Positions 9,551 through 19,652 of a stretch of DNA of 64,000 bases are shown here, piece by piece (position 1 is the first letter of the stretch; each line of letters starts with the position of its first letter). Under the pieces are notes generated by a model, which was not told where the DNA came from, did not search any database, and saw only the letters and a program-made list of their open reading frames with translations. This DNA comes from Patescibacteria group bacterium. Lineage in GTDB: Bacteria > Patescibacteriota > UBA1384 > XYA2-FULL-43-10 > 1-14-0-10-43-13. The position numbers and the translations under genes were made by a program. The stretch spans positions 3,581 to 67,580 of the forward strand of contig JBAZNP010000001.1 of assembly GCA_041649155.1 (NCBI GenBank), in the 5' to 3' direction.

Positions 9551-9895
9551 TTATCTTCTTTTCCTTTTAGCATTTCCATTGCAGGAAACACAAAGCTCTG
9601 CATAAGGCATTATCTCAAGGCGTCCATTTTCAATGTTGGACTTACATTTGGCGCACTGACCATACGTTCCATCGTCAATCGCCTTCAAGGCCTTGTTTAT
9701 TTTCTTAAGCAAAAACTCCAGCTGATCATCGAGCGAAAGATTGCTTTCATAATCTGCTAACTCCTGAATATTGTCCTCTTCATCAGACCCATAATCAGGA
9801 TATTCTTTTATTTTTTTTATTTTTTCTTCAATTCTGGCTTTTTCTTTGAGCATCAACTCTTTTTGTTTTTCCAGAAAATTAACTGATAATTTCAT
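9551..9895 (-). CDS. TraR/DksA C4 zinc-finger protein
   Basis: Coiled coil plus ALKAIDDGTYGQCAKC..I..GRLEIMPYAELCVSC. Confidence 0.9.
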   Translation of the reverse strand: MKLSVNFLEKQKELMLKEKARIEEKIKKIKEYPDYGSDEEDNIQELADYESNLSLDDQLEFLLKKINKALKAIDDGTYGQCAKCKSNIENGRLEIMPYAELCVSCNGNAKRKRR

Positions 9896-10631
9896 AGTCT
9901 TCTCCTTTTGTTCGCGATTTTAGTAATAATAATATTATCGTTATCAATGCAGCCAAGAATATAACCAGACTGAAGAACTGACCAAATGATAATTTCCATA
10001 AAATTGCTTCTTCATTTCTCCAGAAATCAATAATAAATCTACCTCCTGAATAAAGCAATAGCGTTAGAAAAAATACTAATCCTGGAAAAACTTTTTTCTT
10101 TTTCAGAGCCACAATTAATGCAATGGCAAAAACCAAAAGGCACAAGAAAGCCTCATAAAGCGGAGTTGGCAAGCCATTTCTGAATGAGCTCAAACCAGTA
10201 AAATTTGCTGCGTTATAGTAGTCGCCGGATATTATGTCTCCTATTCTGGCGCAAAATATTCCCACAGGAAGTCCAACAGCTAACGCATCAAACCATTTTA
10301 AAACCGGTTGTTTTTGAATTTTTAGAAAGATCAAAACTGTTAATCCACCCAAAACAAACCCACCATAAGAAACCAGTCCACCCTCCCAAAGAAGAATCAG
10401 CTGAGACAGACTATTAAACTGTTCGGGATATAGTATAAAATATGTAATTCTGGCGCCCACTATTCCAAATAAAACCGTGTAGAGAATATTGTTAAAAAGA
10501 AAATCTCCATCCAGATCTTCTTTTTTAGAAATTAAATATGCTATCAGGGCCGCGAAAACAATGCCCAAGACCATTAGAACCCCGTGCGAATAAAAACTTA
10601 GATTTCCTATTTTAAATAAGATCGGATACAT
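9879..10631 (-). CDS. lgt: Prolipoprotein diacylglyceryl transferase
   Basis: MYPILF.IG, GARI.Y, WEGGLVSYGG, RIG, PTPLYE, RFIIDFWR. Confidence 0.93.
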   Translation of the reverse strand: MYPILFKIGNLSFYSHGVLMVLGIVFAALIAYLISKKEDLDGDFLFNNILYTVLFGIVGARITYFILYPEQFNSLSQLILLWEGGLVSYGGFVLGGLTVLIFLKIQKQPVLKWFDALAVGLPVGIFCARIGDIISGDYYNAANFTGLSSFRNGLPTPLYEAFLCLLVFAIALIVALKKKKVFPGLVFFLTLLLYSGGRFIIDFWRNEEAILWKLSFGQFFSLVIFLAALITIILLLLKSRTKGEDYEIIS

Positions 10632-10866
10632 TTTGTTTTCTTTTAAGAATAATATTTAGGATTTATGCATTTGATGTCATCTCCGTGTAGACGGGGATCC
10701 ACTAATAGTAGATTCCCTTCTTCAAGGGAATGACAGTGGATGACTTGCAATTTGTAATTATCATCAGAGAGAATCGTTAATCTATCCCTAAATATTATAG
10801 CCTGTTATTGACCAATGTTGTCAAGGATTGCTAAAATATATTAAGAAGAAGTAAAAAAAGGATCAA

Positions 10867-11562
10867 ATGGCTGATAAGTTTAAAGACGACGACAAATTAA
10901 ATACTAATTCAGAAGAATTAAACAACTTTGAAGCCGAAGATAATCCGGCTAAAGATTTTATGTACTTTATCTTTGATCTATTGAAAACCGGTTTGATAGT
11001 ATTTATCATTGCCTTTTCTTTAAGATACTTCGCAATTCAGCCATTCATTGTTGACGGTGAATCTATGATGCCAAATTTCGTTAATAACGAGTACATTTTA
11101 GCTGAAAAAGTTTCATATCTAACAGGAGAACCCAAAAGAGGTGATGTTGTGGTTTTCCGCTATCCAGGCAATCCCAATGTTAGCTACATTAAAAGAATAA
11201 TTGGACTTCCTGGTGAAACTGTTACGATTGCCAATGACTCAGTCAAGATCATCAACAAAGACAATCCCACAGGGGTAACTCTTGACGAGAAATACATACC
11301 CAAAACCACTCTGACTCTTGCAACGGATGCAGAAAACGGAACTCTTCAAAAAACGCTTGGCGATGATGAGTACTTTGTAATGGGAGATAACCGCCAACAC
11401 TCTTCCGATTCAAGAGAATGGGGTGTGCTTCCCAAAGCAAATATTATAGGACGAACATGGCTAACGATTCTGCCGTTTGATAAATTCGGCGTTCAAAAAA
11501 GAGTAAGTTACGCCTATTTACCTTTGAGATTTTTTGCGTCTCTGATTTCTTCCAACCGATAG
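10867..11562 (+). CDS. lepB: Signal peptidase I
   Basis: VDGESMMPN, RGDVVVF, YIKRIIGLPGE, YFVMGDNR.HSSDSR.WG. Confidence 0.96.
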   Translation: MADKFKDDDKLNTNSEELNNFEAEDNPAKDFMYFIFDLLKTGLIVFIIAFSLRYFAIQPFIVDGESMMPNFVNNEYILAEKVSYLTGEPKRGDVVVFRYPGNPNVSYIKRIIGLPGETVTIANDSVKIINKDNPTGVTLDEKYIPKTTLTLATDAENGTLQKTLGDDEYFVMGDNRQHSSDSREWGVLPKANIIGRTWLTILPFDKFGVQKRVSYAYLPLRFFASLISSNR

Positions 11563-12864
11563 TAAATCTATAAATATTGGTGCGCCTTCCAGAGGGAAAA
11601 CGTCCCTGATTTTGTTCTCTAGATATCTTATTTGCGTATAATGAGGTTTTTCTCTTGTATATTTCAATTCAAATGTCGGAGTATTTCCTCTTTTCTGAGT
11701 TAGTGACTTGGCATTTTGTAATTGAAAATTTGATTCCTTGGCAAAATCAAGAATTTTATCCAAATCTTCCTGATTTATTTTTGTTTTTCGGTTCTTGCTT
11801 ACTTTGACGACCTGATTTAAAAGCGATTTTACATTTTCTCCATTTTGCGCCGAAGTAAAAACAACCGGAATCCATGGAACAAAGTTTAATTTATATTGGA
11901 GATCACCCAAGACTTCTGCCATAAATTCTTTAGCATCTTTTTTAATTAGATCAATTTTATTAACAACTAAAACTAATCCTTTTCCGTACTCCTTAGCCTG
12001 ACCAAGTATGTGAGTATCGCCGGCGACAAGACCTTCTTCAGCATCAATCAGGAGCACTACAACATCGGAATTTTGAATAGCTCGGTTTGTTCTTAAAGCA
12101 CTAAAACTTTCAATTGTGTCTTTTACGATTTTACCCCTTCTTCGCAGGCCAGCTGTATCAAAAATTCTGATCTTTTCATCTTTATGACTAAAAACAACAT
12201 CCACAACATCTCTAGTGGTACCTGCTTCAGCGGAAGCTACCACCCTTTTTTCGCCAAGAATTGTATTTAGCAAAGTTGATTTACCTACATTTGGACGACC
12301 GATAATGGCTAGATTAACTATGTCGTCATTTTTTTGTTCAGGTATATTTTGATCACTTTTTCCGAGCTCATTTACTATCTCTTCAAGCAAATCACCTGTA
12401 TTTTTACCTGAGATAGCCGAGATAGGAATTACTTTAAAATCTCCAAATCTTTTGAATTCGTCTACGGCCTGTATTCTTTCGATATTATCAGCCTTATTTA
12501 CCGCTACAATGGCTTTTTTATCGATCTTACGCAGCTTTCTGGCTATTTGCTTGTCTGTTTCATTATCTTTATCAGCCCAGTCAACCATGAAGACGAGAAG
12601 GTCGGCACTTTCGATAGCTAATTCAACCCCTTCCTGAATATTTTTGCCGATTTCTGACTTGGCTCCGACTTCAATTCCGGCGACATCAACTAAATTAAAC
12701 TTTTCTCCCTGCCAAAGTACCTCGCCATAAAGACGATCTCTGGTTGTGCCAGCGACAGATGTTTCAATTGCTTCTCTTTTACCAATAAAACGATTAAAAA
12801 GAGTGGACTTGCCCACATTCGGCCGCCCAATAAGCGCAACAGTTTTTAAGTCTAATGTTTCCAT
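11518..12864 (-). CDS. der: Ribosome biogenesis GTPase Der (EngA)
   Basis: Two GRPNVGKST / GTTRD / NKxD GTPase domains. Confidence 0.97.
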   Translation of the reverse strand: METLDLKTVALIGRPNVGKSTLFNRFIGKREAIETSVAGTTRDRLYGEVLWQGEKFNLVDVAGIEVGAKSEIGKNIQEGVELAIESADLLVFMVDWADKDNETDKQIARKLRKIDKKAIVAVNKADNIERIQAVDEFKRFGDFKVIPISAISGKNTGDLLEEIVNELGKSDQNIPEQKNDDIVNLAIIGRPNVGKSTLLNTILGEKRVVASAEAGTTRDVVDVVFSHKDEKIRIFDTAGLRRRGKIVKDTIESFSALRTNRAIQNSDVVVLLIDAEEGLVAGDTHILGQAKEYGKGLVLVVNKIDLIKKDAKEFMAEVLGDLQYKLNFVPWIPVVFTSAQNGENVKSLLNQVVKVSKNRKTKINQEDLDKILDFAKESNFQLQNAKSLTQKRGNTPTFELKYTREKPHYTQIRYLENKIRDVFPLEGAPIFIDLLSVGRNQRRKKSQR

Positions 12865-12972
12865 GATGCTCTATCATAACATTTTTTAGTTCAATAAGCA
12901 ATGATCGAACACGGATTGCTACCTTGATATTTGATGCTTGATACTTGATACCAAATACTAGATACTACAATT

Positions 12973-15030
12973 ATGATTGCTGAAGTTATTCCAGAAAAAA
13001 GGACCGGTCCGGACAAGGATACTTTTTCATACCTTGTGCCTAACGAAATGCAAAGCCAAATCCAAATCGGCTTTATTGTTGATATTCCCTTTGGGAAAAA
13101 GAATATTAGGGGAGTGATAGCAAGTACACGGGATACAGACAACAGAATACAGATTGATTATGCATTAAAGAAAGTTCAGTCTATTAATTCAGAATTTGTG
13201 ATGCCGGAAAGCTATATTTCAATTGCTAAATGGATCTCAGAATATTATCTATGCTCTTTGGGCGAAGCAATTTCCCTATTTTTGCCACCGGCAATCTCGC
13301 ATTCACGAAAACAAGCATCAAGTATTAAGCATCAAGTATTAAGCAAAAGCATTCAGTTAACGAATGATCAGGAACAAATTTTTCAAAAACTTCTCCATAA
13401 ATTATCAACCATTAACCATAAACCTAGTTTAATTCATGGCGTTACCGGCAGCGGCAAAACCGAGATTTACTTGAAATTGGCTGCTGAAGCATTAAAAAAA
13501 GAAAAACAAGTTATTGTGCTTGTACCAGAAATAATGCTAACGCCCCAAACTATAGAAAAATTTGAAGAGATTTTTCCGGATCAAATTTGCCTAATGCATT
13601 CTAGACTTTCAAAGTCGCAACGTTATGCAACTTATAAACAATTTTATAGTGGTGAAAAACCAATAATAATCGGTCCCCGTTCTGCCTTGTTGGTGCCAAG
13701 TGAAAATATTGGATTAATAATAATTGATGAAGAACAGGAAGATGCTTACAAGCAGGAAAAAGATCCTCGCTATCATGCAGTTGATTTGGCTGAAAAAATC
13801 TCAGAAAAATTAAACGCTTTGCTTGTTTTAGGAACTGCCACACCAAGAGTTGAGACATACCACAAGGCTGTTAATTCCTCCCCTTTAGAAGGGGAGGCTA
13901 GGTGGGGTGGAGGTGAATTCAAACAGAATAGCAGCCTCACCCATCCTCTCCTTACTAAGGAGAGGAGCCATTATGACCTTTTTGAGCTCAATTCCCGATA
14001 TCAAAAATTAATCCTGCCACCCTCAACAGTGGTTGATTTGAAATATGAGATAAAACAGGATAATTTTTCACCAATTTCGCTGGAATTGCAAAAAAACATA
14101 GCTAGAGTGCTCAAGGACAAGCGTCACGCCATCTTGTTCCTAAACCGCCGCGGCATGGCTACTTTTGTATCATGTCGCGAATGCGGGGAAGTAATTAATT
14201 GCCCGCATTGTAACATTCCAATGGTTTATCATATAAATTATGACAAACATATTTTAAACTGCCATCATTGCGATTACAAAACTCCAGTACCGGCTATTTG
14301 CCCCGTCTGCAAAAGTCCAAAAATAAAATTTTTCGGTGCCGGTGTGGATAAAATTGAGAATGAAATTAAAAGGCTATTTCCAAAAGCCAGAATTAGAAAA
14401 ATCGATTCTAAAAGTCTGCAAAATAAAGATGAATATGTGAAATTGTATGAGGAATTAAAAAATGGCAAAATTGACATATTAATCGGGACTCAAATACTGG
14501 CAAAGGGGCTTAATATCGGAACTGTGGATTTAGTCGGCGTAATTTCCGCCGATGTTGGACTTCATATGCCCCATTTTCGCGCAAATGAAAAAACTTTTTC
14601 TCTCCTAACTCAGGTTTCCGGTAGAAGCGGACGAAAAGAAAATTCGGGCATGACAGTTATTCAAACCTACTGGCCCGACTCCAGTTCAATCAAATTTGCA
14701 GCACAGCACAACTATAAAGATTTTTATAAAAGCGAAATTTTGGAACGGAAAAAATTCAACTATCCCCCATTTTGCCATTTAATCAGGGTTGTTTCAGAAG
14801 ATAAGAACAAACAAAAAGCTAAATCAGAATTGGAGAAAATCGCAAAAGAATTAGAACAAAACAAAATAGACTTCATCGGCCCCGGCCCATGTTTTTTAAA
14901 TAGAATTAACAATAAATTCAGATATCACATAATCATCAAGACTAACACTTTGCCCAATCCTAAAATCAGAGAAATATTTAGAACAAACCCATATCTGGTC
15001 TGGGATGTCGATCCAATTGATTTGCTCTAA
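12973..15030 (+). CDS. priA: Primosomal protein N' helicase
   Basis: [21 protein letters not shown] motif, LNRRG, four CxxC pairs, QVSGRSGR. Confidence 0.97.
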   Translation: MIAEVIPEKRTGPDKDTFSYLVPNEMQSQIQIGFIVDIPFGKKNIRGVIASTRDTDNRIQIDYALKKVQSINSEFVMPESYISIAKWISEYYLCSLGEAISLFLPPAISHSRKQASSIKHQVLSKSIQLTNDQEQIFQKLLHKLSTINHKPSLIHGVTGSGKTEIYLKLAAEALKKEKQVIVLVPEIMLTPQTIEKFEEIFPDQICLMHSRLSKSQRYATYKQFYSGEKPIIIGPRSALLVPSENIGLIIIDEEQEDAYKQEKDPRYHAVDLAEKISEKLNALLVLGTATPRVETYHKAVNSSPLEGEARWGGGEFKQNSSLTHPLLTKERSHYDLFELNSRYQKLILPPSTVVDLKYEIKQDNFSPISLELQKNIARVLKDKRHAILFLNRRGMATFVSCRECGEVINCPHCNIPMVYHINYDKHILNCHHCDYKTPVPAICPVCKSPKIKFFGAGVDKIENEIKRLFPKARIRKIDSKSLQNKDEYVKLYEELKNGKIDILIGTQILAKGLNIGTVDLVGVISADVGLHMPHFRANEKTFSLLTQVSGRSGRKENSGMTVIQTYWPDSSSIKFAAQHNYKDFYKSEILERKKFNYPPFCHLIRVVSEDKNKQKAKSELEKIAKELEQNKIDFIGPGPCFLNRINNKFRYHIIIKTNTLPNPKIREIFRTNPYLVWDVDPIDLL

Positions 15031-15057
15031 GAATAAATAATTAGATATAATTAGATT

Positions 15058-16224
15058 ATGAATAAAGAACAGTTAACTATTTTAGTTACTGGCGGTGCTG
15101 GATATATCGGCAGTTTTACCGTCAAAGAGCTTCTAGACCAAAATTTTAATGTTGTAGTATTGGATTCACTTGAAAACGGGCACAGAGAAGCGGTTGATCC
15201 AAGGGCCAAATTTGAAATTGCTGATTTAGGCGACAAAAATGCAACTGCAATAGTTTTTGATAAATATAAAGTTGATGCAGTAGTTGATTTTGCTGCTTAT
15301 CTTGCTGTTGGCGAGTCAATGCAAGAGCCGGAAAAATATTTAAAGAATAACGTTGAAAATTTTATTAACCTTTTAGATGTAATGGTCGAAAAAGGATGCA
15401 ATCACATAATCAAATCCTCCACCGCCGCAGTTTACGGTAATCCACAAGATAAATCAGCAATTCCACTTAACGAAGAATACGTGAATAAATTCAAGCCAGA
15501 TAAATCTTCTTTGCTAACAGGACAATGGCAAGATTCCAAAATTGAAGGTGAACCGTTCCTGCGAGAAATTTTAAAATCATATAAAGATATGGTCAAACCC
15601 GACTTATATTTAAATGATGAGGAAATCACGCAACTTCGAATTCCAAGCAATGTTTATGGTGTTACCAAGATGCTTGACGAGATAATACTAAAAAAGTATA
15701 GTATAAAGTCACCAATTAAATTCGTCTCCTTGAGATATTTCAATGCGGCTGGAGCTAGTGATGATGGAAAAATTGGTGAAGACCACCCCATTGAGACACA
15801 TCTAATACCATTGGCGCTAAAAAATGTTTTAGATGGATCAGAGTTCAAGTTGATGGGCACGGATTATAAAACCAAAGACGGCACAGCAGTACGGGATTAC
15901 GTTCATGTAATTGATTTGGCAAAAGGACATTTTAAAGCCCTTTTATACTTGATGGAGAATAATCAAAACAGTATATTCAACCTTGGTAATGGTGACGGCT
16001 TTACAGTTAACGATGTTATTAAAACAATTGAAAATACAATAGACAAAAAGGTTAATTGCACTATTTGTCCACGTCGATCCGGAGATCCTGACGTTTTAGT
16101 AGCAAACAGTCGAAAAGCAAAGGAAGTATTGAATTGGTCACCGCAATATTCCCTGAAAAAAATAATTGAGACTGCATGGAAATGGCACCATGAAAATCCT
16201 AAAGGATTCTCTAAATTGCCCTAA
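15058..16224 (+). CDS. galE: UDP-glucose 4-epimerase (with internal insertion)
   Basis: ILVTGGAGYIGS, SSTAAVYG, YGVTK, LRYFNAAGA, DGTAVRDYVHV.DLA. Confidence 0.93.
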   Translation: MNKEQLTILVTGGAGYIGSFTVKELLDQNFNVVVLDSLENGHREAVDPRAKFEIADLGDKNATAIVFDKYKVDAVVDFAAYLAVGESMQEPEKYLKNNVENFINLLDVMVEKGCNHIIKSSTAAVYGNPQDKSAIPLNEEYVNKFKPDKSSLLTGQWQDSKIEGEPFLREILKSYKDMVKPDLYLNDEEITQLRIPSNVYGVTKMLDEIILKKYSIKSPIKFVSLRYFNAAGASDDGKIGEDHPIETHLIPLALKNVLDGSEFKLMGTDYKTKDGTAVRDYVHVIDLAKGHFKALLYLMENNQNSIFNLGNGDGFTVNDVIKTIENTIDKKVNCTICPRRSGDPDVLVANSRKAKEVLNWSPQYSLKKIIETAWKWHHENPKGFSKLP

Positions 16225-16300
16225 ATTCTAATTAACCTAAATAAATCCCAATAATAAAACCCCAATTTTAAAATAATCTGACAACTTACAACTAGAAAAA

Positions 16301-17638
16301 ATGATTTTAAAGATAAAAAAAACTAACGATCCAATATTGAGAGAGCCAGTTGAAAAAGTGGTTGATTTTGGTTTTGAATTTCAAAAGTTCATTGATGACA
16401 TGGTTGAGACAATGCACAAAAAAAACGGAGTTGGCTTAGCCGCCCCTCAGGTTGGAGAATCAAAAAACGTTTTCATATGCGGATTCGAAGGCGATAAAGA
16501 TAATGAAGACGAGAGAAAAATCAGTTTTCCATTAACCGTAATTTGCAACCCCAAGATAACCAATTTCAGCTCAAAAAAATGCAAAATGGTAGAAGGATGC
16601 CTTTCTTTCCCGGGAATGGAGTTAATAATCAACCGGCCGGAAGCAGTTACAATTCAGGGGCAAGATCGATATGGAAAGAATATTGAAATTAAAGCCGACG
16701 GTTTGTATGCAAGAGCGATACAGCATGAATATGACCATTTAAATTCAACTCTTTTAATTGACCGGTTGGAAGAAATTAAAATTATATTTATCGGCACAGG
16801 TACGCTTGGTGCCAAATCGCTTGAATTATTAGCAAAAGATCCTCAATATAAAATTTTGGCTGTTATAACAGGAAGCGAGAAAAAAGTTATAAGCCGAAAT
16901 AAAAGTGAAAAGAAAAATGTTATTCTTGAAATCGCTAAAAATAATAAGTTGAATGCAATAGTTACAGATAATATTAAAAATCCCGAAACTATAGAAAAAA
17001 TTAAGAAACTAAAGCCGGAATTAGGTGTGATGGCTGATTTTGGTCAGATTATCCCAAGAGAAGTTTTAGATATTCCCGAACACGGAGTCATCAACATTCA
17101 CCCATCACTTTTGCCAAAACATCGCGGCTCCTCCCCAATTCAACAAACAATTCTGGACGGCGACAAATTTACCGGCGTTTCGCTTATTCTGACATCGGAA
17201 AAAATGGATGCCGGCGACATTATTTCACAAACAAAAGTCGAATTATCAGGTGCTGAAACTAGCGGCATATTGAAAGACTATCTATCACAAATCGGCGCTT
17301 CCATGCTATTAAATTCAATTCCATACTACATGACAGGCGATTTAAAACCATTTCCCCAAAAAGAGGAAAAAGCAACTTATACAAAAATGATAAAGCCGGA
17401 AGACGGATATGTTGACGCCCAGACCAAAGCTGCAGTAGTAGAAAGAAAAGTCCGAGCCTTTGATCAATGGCCAAAAGTTTACACAAAAATCAAAAATAAA
17501 AGAGTGCAGATTACTTCATCTCATTTTGAAGAAGACGGCGTGTTTGTAATTGACAGGGTTAAGCCAGAAGGCAAAAAGGAGATGAATTATTCGGATTTTC
17601 AGAATGGTTACAAAACCGAGTTGACTTTTGACGCATAG
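16301..17638 (+). CDS. def-fmt: Peptide deformylase - methionyl-tRNA formyltransferase fusion
   Basis: N-terminal GVGLAAPQVG, EGCLS, QHEYDHL; C-terminal IIFIGT, INIHPSLLPKHRG.SPI, MDAGDI. Confidence 0.93.
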   Translation: MILKIKKTNDPILREPVEKVVDFGFEFQKFIDDMVETMHKKNGVGLAAPQVGESKNVFICGFEGDKDNEDERKISFPLTVICNPKITNFSSKKCKMVEGCLSFPGMELIINRPEAVTIQGQDRYGKNIEIKADGLYARAIQHEYDHLNSTLLIDRLEEIKIIFIGTGTLGAKSLELLAKDPQYKILAVITGSEKKVISRNKSEKKNVILEIAKNNKLNAIVTDNIKNPETIEKIKKLKPELGVMADFGQIIPREVLDIPEHGVINIHPSLLPKHRGSSPIQQTILDGDKFTGVSLILTSEKMDAGDIISQTKVELSGAETSGILKDYLSQIGASMLLNSIPYYMTGDLKPFPQKEEKATYTKMIKPEDGYVDAQTKAAVVERKVRAFDQWPKVYTKIKNKRVQITSSHFEEDGVFVIDRVKPEGKKEMNYSDFQNGYKTELTFDA

Positions 17639-17767
17639 CGTCATCCTGAGCGAAGCCGATAATCGGCTGAGTCGAAGGATCTTTTCCTAAAATTGCGGTT
17701 GACATGTGGGATAAAATTTGTTATTTTAATGGTGATATTTTGATAATCAGAAAGTCGTAGGAGTTAC

Positions 17768-18235
17768 ATGCTTAGAATTAGATTGACCCGAGTTGGTAAG
17801 AAAAACAGTCCGGCCTATCGTGTAGTTATAGCCGATAGCAAGAGAGCTGTTAAAAGAAAATTTATTGAAATTATAGGTCACTATAATCCAACCCTAAATC
17901 CAAAGGAAATCGTTATTGATAAAGAACGAGCTCTTTTCTGGATTGGAAATGGCGCACAGCCTTCTGACACTGTAAATAATTTAATGTGCGATTTAGGCAT
18001 ATTAAATAAAAAAGATAAGGTTAACAAGGTATTTGGCAAAAAGTTTTCGAAGAAAGACATCAAAGAAGGCAAAGACAAAGAACCTGAAACACCTGCAGCA
18101 GTAGAAGAGAAAACTGAGACAAAAGAAGTCGAAGAAGCACCTGTGGAAACAGTTGAAGAAGTAACTGCAGAAGAAGAAACACCTGAAAAAGAAGAGGCAG
18201 CTGAAGCTACCGCTGAAGAAGCAAAATCAGAGTAA
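17768..18235 (+). CDS. rpsP: 30S ribosomal protein S16 with acidic tail
   Basis: MLRIRLTRVGKKNSPAYRVV, IG.YNP, GAQPSDTV. Confidence 0.97.
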   Translation: MLRIRLTRVGKKNSPAYRVVIADSKRAVKRKFIEIIGHYNPTLNPKEIVIDKERALFWIGNGAQPSDTVNNLMCDLGILNKKDKVNKVFGKKFSKKDIKEGKDKEPETPAAVEEKTETKEVEEAPVETVEEVTAEEETPEKEEAAEATAEEAKSE

Positions 18236-18302
18236 ATTTATCCAATTTGGTAATTAATATTTTCTCAAGACCATAAACGGTATTGAGAGAAAGGAAAGAA
18301 AA

Positions 18303-18656
18303 ATGGAAAAAGACCAGAAATTCGTAGAAGACGTAGTTAAGGCAATCGTCGACATGCCAGAAAAAGTTACAACCGAAAGAACAATCGACGAAATGGGAGT
18401 ATTAATCAAACTAACAGTTGACCCATCAGATATGGGTAAAGTTATCGGCAAAGACGGTAAAACTGCAAAATCAATCCGAACTTTACTTAGAGTATTGGGA
18501 GCAAAAAATAACGCTAGAGTAAACTTAAAGATTGTTGAGCCAGAAGGAAGCGAACGACCACAGAGCAGACACACAGAAGAAGAAGTAGCAGAAGAAAAAG
18601 AGGAAGTTAAGGAAAACGAAGCTCTTTCAGATGTTCCAAACGACGTGCTTGCATAA
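18303..18656 (+). CDS. khpA: KH-domain RNA-binding protein
   Basis: DMGKVIGKDGKTAKSIRTLL; conserved position after rpsP. Confidence 0.9.
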   Translation: MEKDQKFVEDVVKAIVDMPEKVTTERTIDEMGVLIKLTVDPSDMGKVIGKDGKTAKSIRTLLRVLGAKNNARVNLKIVEPEGSERPQSRHTEEEVAEEKEEVKENEALSDVPNDVLA

Positions 18657-18829
18657 TCAAACAACTAAATATTATAAAAGAGTCGCCACAACTCACAAAA
18701 AAGAGTTTTTGGCGATTTTTTTAATACACCCTTTTAGCACATTGTAATTTAGTCATTTGGAATTTGATTAGAAATTAGAAATTTGGAATTAGAAATTATT
18801 GAATGTAGAATACAAACAAAGGATAATTT

Positions 18830-19522
18830 ATGACCGAGATCAATATACTCACCCTGTTCCCATCGATGTTCCAAGGTCCTCTCTCTGAGAGTATTGTTAA
18901 GCGTGCTATCGATAAAAAAATAGTTAAAATTAACTATTTTAATTTAAGAGACTACGCAACAGATAAGCACAAAACAGTTGACGACACGCCATGTGGCGGT
19001 GGAGCAGGCATGGTTTTGAAAGTCGATGTTGTGGATCGCGCTCTAAAAGAAATCATCAAGGGGAAAAGAGAAGATTTTCATGTGGTATTAATGACGCCAC
19101 AAGGAAAAACTTTTAATCAAAAAATCGCTCAGGAACTGACTCAAAAGAAAAAAATGATATTAATTTGCGGTCACTACGAGGGTTTTGATGAAAGGATTAG
19201 AGAATATTTAGTAGATGAAGAAATTTCATTGGGAGATTTTGTCTTAACCGGAGGCGAAATCGCAGCCATGGCGATAACAGACGCGGTCGTCAGACTTTTG
19301 CCTGGAGCACTTGGAAAAGACGAATCCAGTCAGGAAGAATCCTTCAGTTTAAGCAATGGCAAATCGCAACTTTTAGAATATCCAATTTACACAAGGCCTG
19401 TAGAGTACAAAAACTGGGAAGTTCCTAATGTTTTACTCTCCGGAGACCACAAGAAAATCAACGACTGGCGCTTGGAACAGGCATTAATAAGAACTAAGAA
19501 CAAACGACCCGATCTGCTGTAA
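18830..19522 (+). CDS. trmD: tRNA (guanine-N1)-methyltransferase
   Basis: LTLFP, VDDTPCGGGAGMV, ICGHYEGFDER, SLGDFVLTGGE. Confidence 0.98.
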   Translation: MTEINILTLFPSMFQGPLSESIVKRAIDKKIVKINYFNLRDYATDKHKTVDDTPCGGGAGMVLKVDVVDRALKEIIKGKREDFHVVLMTPQGKTFNQKIAQELTQKKKMILICGHYEGFDERIREYLVDEEISLGDFVLTGGEIAAMAITDAVVRLLPGALGKDESSQEESFSLSNGKSQLLEYPIYTRPVEYKNWEVPNVLLSGDHKKINDWRLEQALIRTKNKRPDLL

Positions 19523-19652
19523 TAAAGGGTATTATACCCCAGAGCAAGCCCTGGACCCTGTCCCGATAAATCGGGACAAATTGCGCGGCAAGCCGCGCGG
19601 TATTTCACCTTTTTTACGCACTGAATTATTTACTATTCGTATCTTGTAATAG

